Assembly (NCBI GenBank): GCA_964563055.1
Contig: CAZLVP010000002.1
Coordinates: 101,552 to 165,551 of the forward strand
Reading direction: 5' to 3'
Length of the DNA: 64,000 bases
DNA from: an uncultured Thermoplasmatales archaeon
GTDB lineage: Archaea; Thermoplasmatota; Penumbrarchaeia; Penumbrarchaeales; Penumbrarchaeaceae
Each line of letters opens with the position of its first letter. Positions within the stretch are counted from its first letter, which is position 1. The translations under genes and the position numbers were made by a program. Positions 29,062 through 38,477 of this stretch are shown here, piece by piece. The notes under the pieces are model-generated. The model ran no database searches, had not been told where the DNA came from, and was given only the letters and a program-made list of their open reading frames with translations.

Positions 29062-29781
29062 ATGACAGATGCTGGAAAGAAAGGGAACGGCCTGGTATCC
29101 ACGGCCGTCAGAGGTTTCGACGAGGAGATAGGCGGGGGTATACCCGACGGTTCGATAGTTCTCCTATCGGGGACCCCGGGCACCTATAAGTCGTCCATGG
29201 CATTTTCGATATTGCACCATGCTGCCCACGAGAAGGGTTCGGTAGGGATATTCCTGCTATTGGAGCAGTCCATGAAGAGCCTTCTTGGACAACAGGAGCA
29301 TATGGGCAGACCCATGGATGCTACGGCCAAGGACCATATCATCGTCTCGGATGTTGGCAGGATACGGGCGGCCATGGACAAGTTCGGTACGAACAAGGAT
29401 TGGATGACGGCCCTCAAAGCCTATGTGGAGTACCTTGTCAACAAGAGGGAGGCATCGCTCCTGGTCATAGATTCCCTACCTGTCCTTGAGATCCTTTCCC
29501 AGGAGAAGAACAGGAGGGAGTTCCTCTTCGACCTGTTCGAATGGATAAGAAGCCTGAACACGACGACCTTCCTCATCTCAGAGAAGAAGAGCCTGGACAT
29601 GGACTATGGTGAGGAGGAGTTCCTCTCCGACGGGGTGTTCCAGCTAACGCTGAGCCCTGTGGGGGAGGTTGACCTCCAGCGTAGGATACGCTGCATAAAG
29701 ATGCGTGGTATGCCCCATAATACCTCCATGTTCGCCCTTGACCACAAGGACGGTTCTTTCCGGATAGTCCCGGCGATCTGA
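29062..29781 (+). CDS. KaiC-like / RecA-superfamily ATPase (single domain)
   Basis: Walker A LLSGTPGTYKSS. Walker B LLVIDSL. KaiC-like architecture, about 240 aa. Internal ATG chosen as the start. Confidence 0.65.
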   Translation: MTDAGKKGNGLVSTAVRGFDEEIGGGIPDGSIVLLSGTPGTYKSSMAFSILHHAAHEKGSVGIFLLLEQSMKSLLGQQEHMGRPMDATAKDHIIVSDVGRIRAAMDKFGTNKDWMTALKAYVEYLVNKREASLLVIDSLPVLEILSQEKNRREFLFDLFEWIRSLNTTTFLISEKKSLDMDYGEEEFLSDGVFQLTLSPVGEVDLQRRIRCIKMRGMPHNTSMFALDHKDGSFRIVPAI

Positions 29782-29855
29782 ACCTGAACTTACAAAGGGT
29801 CAGTTTGGGAAAGTATTTAGTATCCATCGACCGGTTGATGGTCCAGGGAGCGAAC

Positions 29856-30320
29856 ATGGCACCGAAGCGTGAAAAGTCCGAAGTGGGTGTCAGGGGGGGC
29901 AGATTATGCCCCAGGTGCAGAAAGGACCTCTTCCTGGTCGAGAGGGGAGGAGAGCGCCTCGATGTTTGCCATAGCTGCAGCGGGATATGGTTCGATAAGG
30001 ACGAGCTTGCGGTCGTCCTGGGGAAGGAGAGCACCGTTGAGCTCCTTGTCGGTATCACCAAGGAACTGAAAGGGGAGAACCTGCTCTGTCCCAACTGCAG
30101 GGAGACAATGTCCACCAAGGAGGTCTATGATGTCTTCGTTGACATCTGCAGGGAGTGCGGTGGGATCTGGATGGACAAGGGCGAAACGGAGAAGATATGG
30201 GCCCGGGACGAGAAGACAAGGCACCCGTTCGGGATAGGTGTTGAGGAGGCTGACCCCGATCGGTTCTGGGACATGTTCAGAAAGAAGTATAGGGAGTTCG
30301 AAAGGCTCGACGAGGCGTAA
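29856..30320 (+). CDS. Duplicated zinc-ribbon protein (zf-TFIIB-like, CxxC..CxxC-GIWxD repeated twice)
   Basis: CPRCRKDL...CHSCSGIWFDKDEL and CPNCRETM...CRECGGIWMDKGE. RBS GGGAG upstream of ATG 29856. Confidence 0.55.
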   Translation: MAPKREKSEVGVRGGRLCPRCRKDLFLVERGGERLDVCHSCSGIWFDKDELAVVLGKESTVELLVGITKELKGENLLCPNCRETMSTKEVYDVFVDICRECGGIWMDKGETEKIWARDEKTRHPFGIGVEEADPDRFWDMFRKKYREFERLDEA

Positions 30321-30330
30321 CAAAAGGCCA

Positions 30331-30732
30331 TCATTTCCTCTTCCCTTTGATGAAAGGCTTCTCCGGCAGGTCGCCTTTGAAGAGGCATCTGGTGCATTTG
30401 TAGGTGTCGTAGGACCTCGATATGGTCCCCGAACCGCACAGAGGACATCTGTATTCGAGAGCGGCCCCATCGTTCTTGAGAAATTCTCGTACCTTCTTCA
30501 TGTCTATCTTCCAGAGGTTAGCATCCTTCGGGGTCTCCTCCTCTCTCCTGGGCTCTATGATACCTATGTTGTAAAGGTAGATGGTGATGTCCCGCCCCTT
30601 CACTAACCTCGTGGAGTATTTGTCGAATATCCTCTGAACGGTCACGCACTTCTCATCGGTGAACTTCTCCGAGAGCATCGAAATGATGGACCGAACGACC
30701 TCGTTGCTCTGCTCCTCGCTCTGGACCGACAT
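30331..30732 (-). CDS. Winged-helix plus C-terminal zinc-ribbon protein (TFE-like architecture)
   Basis: N-terminal helical/WH region. C-terminal CPLCGSG...CTRC ribbon. 133 aa. Identity as TFE is not established. Confidence 0.35.
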   Translation of the reverse strand: MSVQSEEQSNEVVRSIISMLSEKFTDEKCVTVQRIFDKYSTRLVKGRDITIYLYNIGIIEPRREEETPKDANLWKIDMKKVREFLKNDGAALEYRCPLCGSGTISRSYDTYKCTRCLFKGDLPEKPFIKGKRK

Positions 30733-30801
30733 AATCCTTCACCCGGGCATTCCGATGTGCCCTGGACCGCGGGGGGTATATGGGATATTTCCGATAAAAG
30801 C

Positions 30802-31494
30802 TTATTGAGGCCGTGAGGCACCACTCGGACCAGCACGGGCCTCCAACCAGTCCCTGACAGCATCGCTCACGAGCTTGAGGTCCGGTCGCTCGATCACTAT
30901 GTGCGCCCTCCTTCTCACCCTTTCATCCTTGGGCCTGAAGGCTATGGCGAGGTCGGACCTCTTGAACATTGATATGTCCACGGACGAATCCCCTACGGTG
31001 ATTATGGGACCATGGTCACCTACCGTCATGATATTGCGGGTAAGGACACCGCCCTTGTCCCTGAGCGGGACCTCGAGTATCCCTTCGCCTGTAAGGCGTC
31101 CGTCAGGTCCGTGCTCAAGTCCGTTGGCATTATGGCCGTCCAAACACCATCTGTCAACTAGCATTCCCGAAAGGAGCTTTAGCCCCCCGCTGAGGATTGA
31201 TATCCTCGCTCCCAATTCCCTGAGGTCAGTGATGCACTCAATGACACCGCCCATGGGTGTTGCTCTCTCCATCAGGGTCCTGATATCACCAATGGTCATT
31301 TCAGGCATGACGGAGAGCCATAGCGCTATGTCCCGGCGCATGAACTCCATGTCATCGATCTCTCCCCTGAGATAGGCCTCATGGGAATGTTCGTTGGTGG
31401 TACCGAGCGCGTCATGGACCAGCCCCCAGGATGACCTCTCCTGGACGAGGACGCCGTCCATATCGAACACAACGATGGGCCTTGCTGATAACAT
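30802..31494 (-). CDS. HAD-superfamily hydrolase, phosphoserine-phosphatase-like
   Basis: Motif I VVFDMDGVL at the N-terminus. HAD motif pattern further along (K...GD..ND). Confidence 0.65.
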   Translation of the reverse strand: MLSARPIVVFDMDGVLVQERSSWGLVHDALGTTNEHSHEAYLRGEIDDMEFMRRDIALWLSVMPEMTIGDIRTLMERATPMGGVIECITDLRELGARISILSGGLKLLSGMLVDRWCLDGHNANGLEHGPDGRLTGEGILEVPLRDKGGVLTRNIMTVGDHGPIITVGDSSVDISMFKRSDLAIAFRPKDERVRRRAHIVIERPDLKLVSDAVRDWLEARAGPSGASRPQ

Positions 31495-31521
31495 GAACGC
31501 TCACGGGCTCCCAGGGTCAAA

Positions 31522-31858
31522 GTCATGCCAGGCGGGCCTGGGTGGACAGCCTTGTCCGCCAGCGGTTTATCCGCGGACCTCCTCCGTCCCGGCTCCCAAC
31601 GAGCGCAGGGAATCTACGGTTAGGCTGCTCCCTTCCGGGCCTGACCCGGTCCCCGTAGTCAGGATGTCGAAGCGTCCCTACGGACGCTCCAGTACACCGC
31701 TTCCAGCCCCGAGGGACGTTACATCATCGTCGTTCCTTGGACCTCTGGTGTACCGGTCTTGCCGCCCCAAGCCGTCGTCCCGCTGTAGACCGTGCTGCGG
31801 CATGCCCGAGGGCACGAGGGAGGGCCTGACTCCCCGACCAAGCCTGGCGCCTCGGCAT
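31522..31858 (-). ncRNA. ffs: Signal recognition particle RNA (7S / SRP RNA)
   Basis: A 400-bp ORF-free, GC-rich gap. The minus strand contains GGUCAGGCCCGGAAGGGAGCAGCCUAACC. This closely matches the universally conserved SRP RNA domain IV (helix 8), cf. E. coli 4.5S GGUCAGGUCCGGAAGGAAGCAGCCAAGG, including the GGAA tetraloop. The 5' AUGCC..GCCAGGC can pair with the 3' GCCUGGCAU. A BRE/TATA (AAAAGCTATATAC) lies about 25 nt upstream on the minus strand. Ends are approximate, within about 15 nt. Confidence 0.7.
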
Positions 31859-31990
31859 TGATGACACCTGTATATAGCTTTTGGTCGTGCCTTAGCAGTA
31901 ATTGATAGAATGCATTATTTTCAATATCCATGGATATTTCAGATAAAGTTTTATACCTTATCTATGCTCCATCAGGAGGAGGGTCCTAAG

Positions 31991-32425
31991 ATGTCTTCCG
32001 CAGGTCCAGGAGATGGGGCGATAGATCCCGACAGGATCACTATAGGCGAGTTCAACGTGATGGACGAGTTCCTGACCGTGGATAAACAGATATCCTGCCA
32101 GGAGCTAGCGAAAAGGCTACTGGAGATGCCAAGGGGCGCGGTCTTCCTATTGAACGAACAGAAGGTGCCCGTGGGCGCCGTTACCGCCAGGGAACTGCTG
32201 CTTGCGACGGTAAGGGGGTCCAACCTCCTCAGCATGACCGGGGAGGAGATCATGAACACCAAGATAATGGAGGTCAGCCTGGACGACAAGCTCTCTGAGG
32301 TGTTCCCGAAGATAACGAACTTCACCCCCTATGCGGTCATAGTCAAGGATAGGACCGGCAATTTCGTCGGTTATTTCTCACCCAAGGATTATCACGAGGC
32401 GCTCCAAAAGGCCGGCGTCCTTTGA
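31991..32425 (+). CDS. CBS-domain pair protein
   Basis: Tandem CBS-like motifs. RBS GGAGGAGG 8 nt upstream of ATG 31991. Confidence 0.6.
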   Translation: MSSAGPGDGAIDPDRITIGEFNVMDEFLTVDKQISCQELAKRLLEMPRGAVFLLNEQKVPVGAVTARELLLATVRGSNLLSMTGEEIMNTKIMEVSLDDKLSEVFPKITNFTPYAVIVKDRTGNFVGYFSPKDYHEALQKAGVL

Positions 32426-32452
32426 TTTTGACCGAACCTAACGAACCCCTTC

Positions 32453-33373
32453 TCATAGTAGGAGGAGAAGGACAAGGTTCCCAACGACCATCTGTACAAT
32501 GAAGGCGAGCGCTAGTGAGAGGATGAAGGGCACCTTGGGAGTGACCCGTACCCTTCCCGTCCCGGACCTCTTGAGCCTTAGGATTAGTCCCTCCTCTGGG
32601 TCCTCCTTGGAGCTCTTGCCGTTCTCCTCAACCATTACCCAGATCTGGCTTCCCTTCAACCTCTCCACATCCATCATATACGATGTGAACATGGCAGGGA
32701 AGGCGATATCGCCCTTCAGGATGTTCCTCACTGGCATGTAAATGAGCAGGACGGCCCCGGTCATCACTGCTGCGTTGAGGAGCGTTGAGAGGTGGGGGTT
32801 GAGGACGAGGCCGATAGCTGGCATCTCCTCTACCGCCTCATAGAAGGGGCCAATATTGATGATGAGGCCCTCCAACTGCCAGGGAAAAACGGCCGCAAGC
32901 ACTATGAGGCATTTTGCATCCGCCCCACCGTGAAGGAGCCTTGCCCCGGCTATAGGGACCGTATAGAGCAGGTAATAGACCAACATGAATGCGAGCGAAA
33001 GCCCTACCTTGCCAACGAGGGCCCGGTCCCCCATTATGTAGGCTGTTACGAACCCCACGATGGAAAATAGATAGAACGCTGCAAAGGCGATATCTATGGA
33101 CCTGCCCCTGGCCATCTCTCTCGGTTCGGGGTACCCGTATATCACGAACATCACCCCGGCCGCTAGCGCGGGCAGCGACAGGAAAGAGAACGGTCCCCTC
33201 CAACCACCGAGCTCGCCCATCTCGAAGAAGACCAACGGTGCACAGGCAATGCCAAGGATGACCCACATCCTGTCGGGCACCCTCCTTGTCCTCAGGTCCG
33301 ATATCGCGCTCACTAAGAGCACTGTTGATGCGATCGCGATCTTTATCAGGTCGACGATCTGGACCGTTTCCAT
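32453..33373 (-). CDS. A24-family aspartic prepilin/preflagellin peptidase-like membrane protein (PibD/FlaK-like)
   Basis: Polytopic. ISDLRTRRVPD matches the first catalytic Asp motif of type IV prepilin peptidases. 306 aa. Confidence 0.55.
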   Translation of the reverse strand: METVQIVDLIKIAIASTVLLVSAISDLRTRRVPDRMWVILGIACAPLVFFEMGELGGWRGPFSFLSLPALAAGVMFVIYGYPEPREMARGRSIDIAFAAFYLFSIVGFVTAYIMGDRALVGKVGLSLAFMLVYYLLYTVPIAGARLLHGGADAKCLIVLAAVFPWQLEGLIINIGPFYEAVEEMPAIGLVLNPHLSTLLNAAVMTGAVLLIYMPVRNILKGDIAFPAMFTSYMMDVERLKGSQIWVMVEENGKSSKEDPEEGLILRLKRSGTGRVRVTPKVPFILSLALAFIVQMVVGNLVLLLLL

Positions 33374-33383
33374 AAGAACCTCC

Positions 33384-34106
33384 TCATTTCACTGACAAGA
33401 GCTCTTTGGCCCTCGACCTTATGATCCTCGCCTGGGTCGGGTTCATGTTAGGCAGGGTCAGGAGCATTTTAAGGTCGGCCTCGGCTATCAGCTCAGGTGT
33501 TAAGAGCCCAATATTGTTGAGCTGTTGTGCTCTCTCGAACGATATCCCCATGACATCCGCAAGGGAATGGAGTTCCGCTTCACCGGGGTCCTTTTTGCTC
33601 GGTTCCGTAACCTCTGAACGGAGGTCGCGCTGTTTCATCATCCTTAGGAGGTCCTTCCTGGCCGTCGAGGCGTCCATCTCCCAAGCGGCGGATTTACCGT
33701 CAATGGTGATATGTATCCCCTCCTTTTCCTCCTTTTGGGAAGGGACCTCCGCCTCGACGGTCTTGGCTGGCCCATCGTTCCCTTTCAGGAGCCTGACGGC
33801 CGTCCCTACGAGCAGCATCTCAGGGTTCCCCTGAGGGTCCCTTGAGAGCCTTGCCTCTATCTTTATGACAGCGTCAGCGCCCATATCGAGCGCAGAGCTT
33901 ACAAGGGTCCTCTCCGCCTCCCTGAAAAGTGCCTCGAAGTGGTCCGGGGTTTCTGCCCAGGGCCATGGCTCTCCGCCCATTGGAACGCTCCTCTTTCCCT
34001 TCTTGGTCGAGGTGACGGCCGCGTAACCGAAGGCGAGCCCGAGGCTCTCCTTGATCTCAGCCTCCTTCACATGGTCGAGATTGGTGACAATCATGGAGGT
34101 CCGCAT
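33384..34106 (-). CDS. Hypothetical protein: YbjQ-like (UPF0145) N-terminal domain fused to a C-terminal HhH motif
   Basis: N-terminal MIVTNLD..IKESLGLAFGYAAV pattern. C-terminal NIGLLTPELIAEADLKMLLTLPNMNPTQARII HhH. Confidence 0.35.
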   Translation of the reverse strand: MRTSMIVTNLDHVKEAEIKESLGLAFGYAAVTSTKKGKRSVPMGGEPWPWAETPDHFEALFREAERTLVSSALDMGADAVIKIEARLSRDPQGNPEMLLVGTAVRLLKGNDGPAKTVEAEVPSQKEEKEGIHITIDGKSAAWEMDASTARKDLLRMMKQRDLRSEVTEPSKKDPGEAELHSLADVMGISFERAQQLNNIGLLTPELIAEADLKMLLTLPNMNPTQARIIRSRAKELLSVK

Positions 34107-34110
34107 CCTT

Positions 34111-34320
34111 CTATCGTTCTTCTCCCTGCTCTTCTATATCCTTGAACTCGGCATCCATAACAGGTCCCTTATCATCGCTTTGGACCTCCGCCCTCACGCT
34201 CTCTTTCCTCTTCCGCCCAAGGCCCAGCACCCTGGCTATGACCGATAGGACGACCATCAGCAGAAAAAGTAGGAAGCAGCAACCGCAGACCAAGCCTGTG
34301 ATAAGGAGGGTGAGGGCCAT
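34111..34320 (-). CDS. Small single-TM membrane protein
   Basis: 69 aa. N-terminal TM LLITGLVCGCCFLLFLLMVVL, then a charged tail. Confidence 0.3.
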   Translation of the reverse strand: MALTLLITGLVCGCCFLLFLLMVVLSVIARVLGLGRKRKESVRAEVQSDDKGPVMDAEFKDIEEQGEER

Positions 34321-34429
34321 ACCGTATCTGCTCCGTCAAGGCATCCGACGATTGTCAGGACCGTAGATATAGCTATCTGTACCTTGGTCATGCGGTGAAA
34401 GACAACCCTTTCCTTCTTATGAGCGGGGT

Positions 34430-37400
34430 TCAGGCCTTTTCCTTCCTAGGTATGAGAAAGCTCCTCAGCTTCCTGGAGACGGGGTCATCGTACCCCTTCT
34501 TGCTGCGGTAGAAGAGGAACACCGCAGCCCCAATGAGCGAGACCATGACAAGGAAGACCGTGATATCTAGGAACAGTCCGGTCCCCATGCTGCGGGGATG
34601 GTCGGAAGAGCCGAACGGGGCGTGACCCGATACTACCGTACCCTTGTTCAGATAAGCTGGTTCTTCCCAGGCGTTCTTGGGGGAGAAGACCTTGATATCC
34701 GGGTCACCGTAGTAAACAAGGTTCTCGAAGATGTCCCACCACCAGCCGTCTATCAGGTATTCGATCCCAACATGCGATATCCCCCTCTCATAGGCGTCCC
34801 CTATGGTCCTGTCGTAATAGATGTCCCTCATGAACATGTTCATGGCGAAGGCCGAATACCATGAGGTCAACCAGGGGTCTATGACCTGGAAAACGCACCC
34901 CTTCCTCACCATCATCAGGTGGAGGTATGTGTTGGCGATGAGGCAGCTGCCCGCTGAGAATCCCATGGAATGCAGGTTTCCGAAGGCGTCGTCCATCGCG
35001 ATGCCGTTCTCGCTGTACTCCGTCTGCCCCTGCTGGGCTATGGCGATTATTATACCATCATGTCTCTCCGGCACGATATCCGCTGGTGTGATCGGCCCAC
35101 CTCCGGGCGTCACGTCGAGACCGATGTGCTTTGACATCGTAACGACATCGGGATTGTCCGTTGCTCCCCTGAGCCTCATGGTCGAGGTCCCCATCGGGAC
35201 CCCTGCCTCCTCATAGCCCCTCCATGGGTTCTCCTCCACGGCCCCCCTCTCGTCCCACCACCCTACAGCGCCGTTCTGGGTATGGCCACCATGCATGACC
35301 TCCAGCCACATTATCGCACCCCTGTTCAGGTTCTCTGTCGTCTTCTCGAAGGTCGTTGTATATGCCGACCCATAACCGGAAGCATCGAGGTAATGGGGTA
35401 TGACCTCGGAGCAGTCCAGGTCGGGATATCTTCCCTCAGGGTCGATTCCGTCCGGGTCGCTCCCGTCGTTGCTCATGTCAAAGTAGGGGGTTATCCCGGT
35501 CCTCGTTGTGTAAGCGCACCCCCAATATTCCGAGGCCTGTTGATTGAACTTGTACTGGTATGAGACCCATGTCATGGCAACAGGGAAGTCCACCTTCTCC
35601 TCCCGCTCTGGTGTGGTGACCCGGAGCGCCCCGGCGGTCCTTGTGGACTCGGAGCCCTGTATCCTCATACCGCCAGAGCTGTCGAGCTCCGGGTCCACGG
35701 CAGGGTTGGCGTAGATGAGCTTGGGGTAGAGGGCCGACCTGGAGACCCAGGCCGCTGTGTCCACAGGGGTCCCCATGATCCTCCCTGAGTCAGCACCCCC
35801 TACAAGGGCCCTGTCCCAAGAGGTACCTATGTCGAACTGGTCCGCAACGGTGATTATCGACTCTTTGCATTTTCCGTTCTCATCAATAGGCGACTTCCTG
35901 TCGAAGCCATATCTGTCAAGTACGGAATAGACGCTCTTTGCCGTAAGTGCCATGCATGCGACCGAGGGTGGCGCCCTCGAATGGGAATAGGCATAGTCCC
36001 AGAACTTGTTGTGCCACGCCTGGGCAGTTGAAAGCTCGGGGTGAACGTCGGTAACGAACACTGGGGCGCCGTGAACAGCGGCGGCAAGCGCGGCCGGTCC
36101 CAGGAACAAGGCCCCCGTGACCTCTGGCCTTGGGATAAGGGCGTCCGCATTGGACCAGAGCACCTGCCAGGAGGTCCAGGGGTTTATGGTCGTAAAGACT
36201 ATGTCCAAAGGCCGGTCCCCCTCAGGCATGGTCAGCTCTTTAACGGTCCCGTAAACATCCTCATAGCTGTCAAGGGTCGTGACCTTGAGCGAACCACCGA
36301 AGAGGCCTTGAACGAAACCCCTGAGCTTGTCTATGTCAGAGTAAAGGCCTTTGGTCCCCATTCCAGCAGGGTCTACAACATAGAGCTTCCTGACACCCAG
36401 CGTATTGATGGCCTTCCCCACGCTATCGGGGAGGGAGTCCCTCTTTGCAAAAAGGAGAGGGGCGTTCAAGGCCGTTGCTATCACTGCCCCATTGGTCGCC
36501 CCGGCCCATGAGGCTCCCTCCGTTCCGTCCTTCCTCTGCTTGAACTCGTACGTGACCTTGAAATCGGTCGCCTTGGATGCCGTGCCAAGGTTGACGACCG
36601 ACACCTGGTAATCTCCCTGGCCAAGCTCGGGCACCTCTATCACCTGGGAGCTCCCGGTCGTTTCCCCGATCGAGACAGCTATCTCGGCCCCCTCCGGCCC
36701 CCTTAGGATGAGCCCCAGGGTCTGGCTCGCATCGCTCCATTCGAGCTTGAACGTGGCATCCCTGCAGTAGAACGGGGTCGATATCCTCTTCTGGACATCT
36801 ATCCCGGGATAGAGGGTGTAATCGATAGTGTACTTGACCGTGGAGGGAAGGATGGCATCGGGAGAAAGCCCTTCCCTAAGCCTGGAATCCCGGATGGATG
36901 ACACCCTATCCTTGACATATTGCTCCCTCTCGGAAGGAGTGAACTCAGAGGCTGGAGGAACACCGCCCCAACCCTCCGGGTCCTGCATGTGTGAGATAGA
37001 GTTCTGCGTTGGCATGTAGGTGACGGCGAACTGCCATTCTCCCGAATGGTAGATGTAGGAGCCTATCTCCTCGGAAGCGCCCTCAAGGACGTTCCATTTC
37101 TCGCTAGCTCCGACCATTCCTAGCTGCATATCGTAGAGCTGTAGGTCCGGGTCCTTCCCCCTATCCGTGAGCTCCGAGAGCGGGTTCCAGTCCTGTCCCC
37201 AGGTCATCTGCGAGGTCACGTACTTGAAATCTGGCTCGACATTGAACGGATGTGTGTTAGGGTTGATGGGCGATGGGTCCTTCTCCCCGGATATGGTCCC
37301 GGTGGATGGAGAGGAGCCAGGGGTAGTGCCCGTCAGTTCCCCTTTTATCGGGATATCTATCTGTTTTGGCCTGTCAACGATCACGGCAACGACGGCAGTA

Positions 37401-37936
37401 TCGGAATATTCCCAGTTCTCAAGGGCCACCTTGCCCGATAGCGAGTATGGGTCCTTCGAATCGATATGGGTGACACGAGAAGTGGTCCATTGGCCACCGA
37501 CCTCGGCCGGTGTGTTCCCGTCGAAACCGACCAGTTCGACCTTGTCGATCTCAGATCCTGCCAGTACCTGCATGTCCTCCATGAAGTATGAGACCGCTGG
37601 ATATGTGTTCTGCACCCTCTCGACGTCGGATGTGTCCCTGGGAGGCTCGTAGAAGAGGAGCGGGTTCATGAGGACATTTCCGCTCCCCGGGTCGCGGAAG
37701 ACGGAGGCGGGGACCTCCGCAAGGAAGGCAAGGTCGTCAGTGGACCCCTCCCGATCATGATCGATGAGCGTGACCTTGTCTATGGGCACCATTTCCCCGT
37801 ACGATACCGATTCGTAACCCGTAGGCAGCTTCGCTGCGCCTTCCGATAGGGGGACCTGCACTAAGAGCAGGCTTGACAGAAGGAGCAGAGCGGCCAGGGC
37901 TTTCAGGCTTTGCAGCCTATGGATCATTCTGTGCAT
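34430..37936 (-). CDS. Giant secreted protein (1168 aa) with an N-terminal signal peptide and a C-terminal TM anchor. Possible clan-CD-like protease or S-layer-associated domain near the C-terminus
   Basis: Signal ALAALLLLSSLLLVQVPLSEGAA. C-terminal anchor LFLDITVFLVMVSLIGAAVFLFYRSKKG. HGGH...SAGSCLIANT His/Cys pair. Any protease assignment is speculative. Confidence 0.6.
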   Translation of the reverse strand: MHRMIHRLQSLKALAALLLLSSLLLVQVPLSEGAAKLPTGYESVSYGEMVPIDKVTLIDHDREGSTDDLAFLAEVPASVFRDPGSGNVLMNPLLFYEPPRDTSDVERVQNTYPAVSYFMEDMQVLAGSEIDKVELVGFDGNTPAEVGGQWTTSRVTHIDSKDPYSLSGKVALENWEYSDTAVVAVIVDRPKQIDIPIKGELTGTTPGSSPSTGTISGEKDPSPINPNTHPFNVEPDFKYVTSQMTWGQDWNPLSELTDRGKDPDLQLYDMQLGMVGASEKWNVLEGASEEIGSYIYHSGEWQFAVTYMPTQNSISHMQDPEGWGGVPPASEFTPSEREQYVKDRVSSIRDSRLREGLSPDAILPSTVKYTIDYTLYPGIDVQKRISTPFYCRDATFKLEWSDASQTLGLILRGPEGAEIAVSIGETTGSSQVIEVPELGQGDYQVSVVNLGTASKATDFKVTYEFKQRKDGTEGASWAGATNGAVIATALNAPLLFAKRDSLPDSVGKAINTLGVRKLYVVDPAGMGTKGLYSDIDKLRGFVQGLFGGSLKVTTLDSYEDVYGTVKELTMPEGDRPLDIVFTTINPWTSWQVLWSNADALIPRPEVTGALFLGPAALAAAVHGAPVFVTDVHPELSTAQAWHNKFWDYAYSHSRAPPSVACMALTAKSVYSVLDRYGFDRKSPIDENGKCKESIITVADQFDIGTSWDRALVGGADSGRIMGTPVDTAAWVSRSALYPKLIYANPAVDPELDSSGGMRIQGSESTRTAGALRVTTPEREEKVDFPVAMTWVSYQYKFNQQASEYWGCAYTTRTGITPYFDMSNDGSDPDGIDPEGRYPDLDCSEVIPHYLDASGYGSAYTTTFEKTTENLNRGAIMWLEVMHGGHTQNGAVGWWDERGAVEENPWRGYEEAGVPMGTSTMRLRGATDNPDVVTMSKHIGLDVTPGGGPITPADIVPERHDGIIIAIAQQGQTEYSENGIAMDDAFGNLHSMGFSAGSCLIANTYLHLMMVRKGCVFQVIDPWLTSWYSAFAMNMFMRDIYYDRTIGDAYERGISHVGIEYLIDGWWWDIFENLVYYGDPDIKVFSPKNAWEEPAYLNKGTVVSGHAPFGSSDHPRSMGTGLFLDITVFLVMVSLIGAAVFLFYRSKKGYDDPVSRKLRSFLIPRKEKA

Positions 37937-38020
37937 CCTATCACCCGAGCGTCGGACCTTGGAACATCTGTCGGCCAGGACCGAATACCGGATATGCGAT
38001 TGAGGTGGATAAAAACGTTG

Positions 38021-38464
38021 TCATAGGTCCTTTGACCGTTGGTCCTTAGCAGGCATCCTGACAATGACCCTAGCAGCACCTTTCTTCTTCGTGTCCCCTT
38101 TTTCGGTCGAAAGACGTATCAATCCAAGGGCCAGCATGGTCTCAAGAAGCCCCCCGACCACCTTATCTACGGGTTCCACCCGCTCGTGGAAGGCCTCCTG
38201 CTCGGCAATGTAGATCTCCAGCAGTGAGTGTTCCCCGTCGGACATCAGCCAGAGCATGGTACCGACCCTATCGAGCGGTCGTTTGATATCATCGGGTCCT
38301 CCCAGGAACCTCTTGAGGAAGCGTTCGAACCTGTTGAGGTTCTTGGGGTATTGAAGTACAACAAGGTCCTCCCTTTTGGACCAGCGGACATCTGACCGGA
38401 CCGGATAGATACCGGCGGGATCGGGTCCCTTTCTTACGGGTGTTGTGAGGACCTTCTTTCCCAT
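38021..38464 (-). CDS. PqqD-like (RRE-type) small protein with an N-terminal extension
   Basis: The C-terminal half, GTMLWLMSDGEHSLLEIYIAEQEAFHE...VDKVVGGLLETMLALGLI, matches the PqqD family consensus. Confidence 0.4.
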   Translation of the reverse strand: MGKKVLTTPVRKGPDPAGIYPVRSDVRWSKREDLVVLQYPKNLNRFERFLKRFLGGPDDIKRPLDRVGTMLWLMSDGEHSLLEIYIAEQEAFHERVEPVDKVVGGLLETMLALGLIRLSTEKGDTKKKGAARVIVRMPAKDQRSKDL

Positions 38465-38477
38465 TTTTATAGCTCCT

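Noticed and set aside
34430-37936. Calling the 1168-aa protein a C25/gingipain-family peptidase
   Set aside because: The His and Cys spacing (about 115 aa) is longer than in characterised clan CD enzymes and no other family motifs were recognised. It is kept only as a speculative note.
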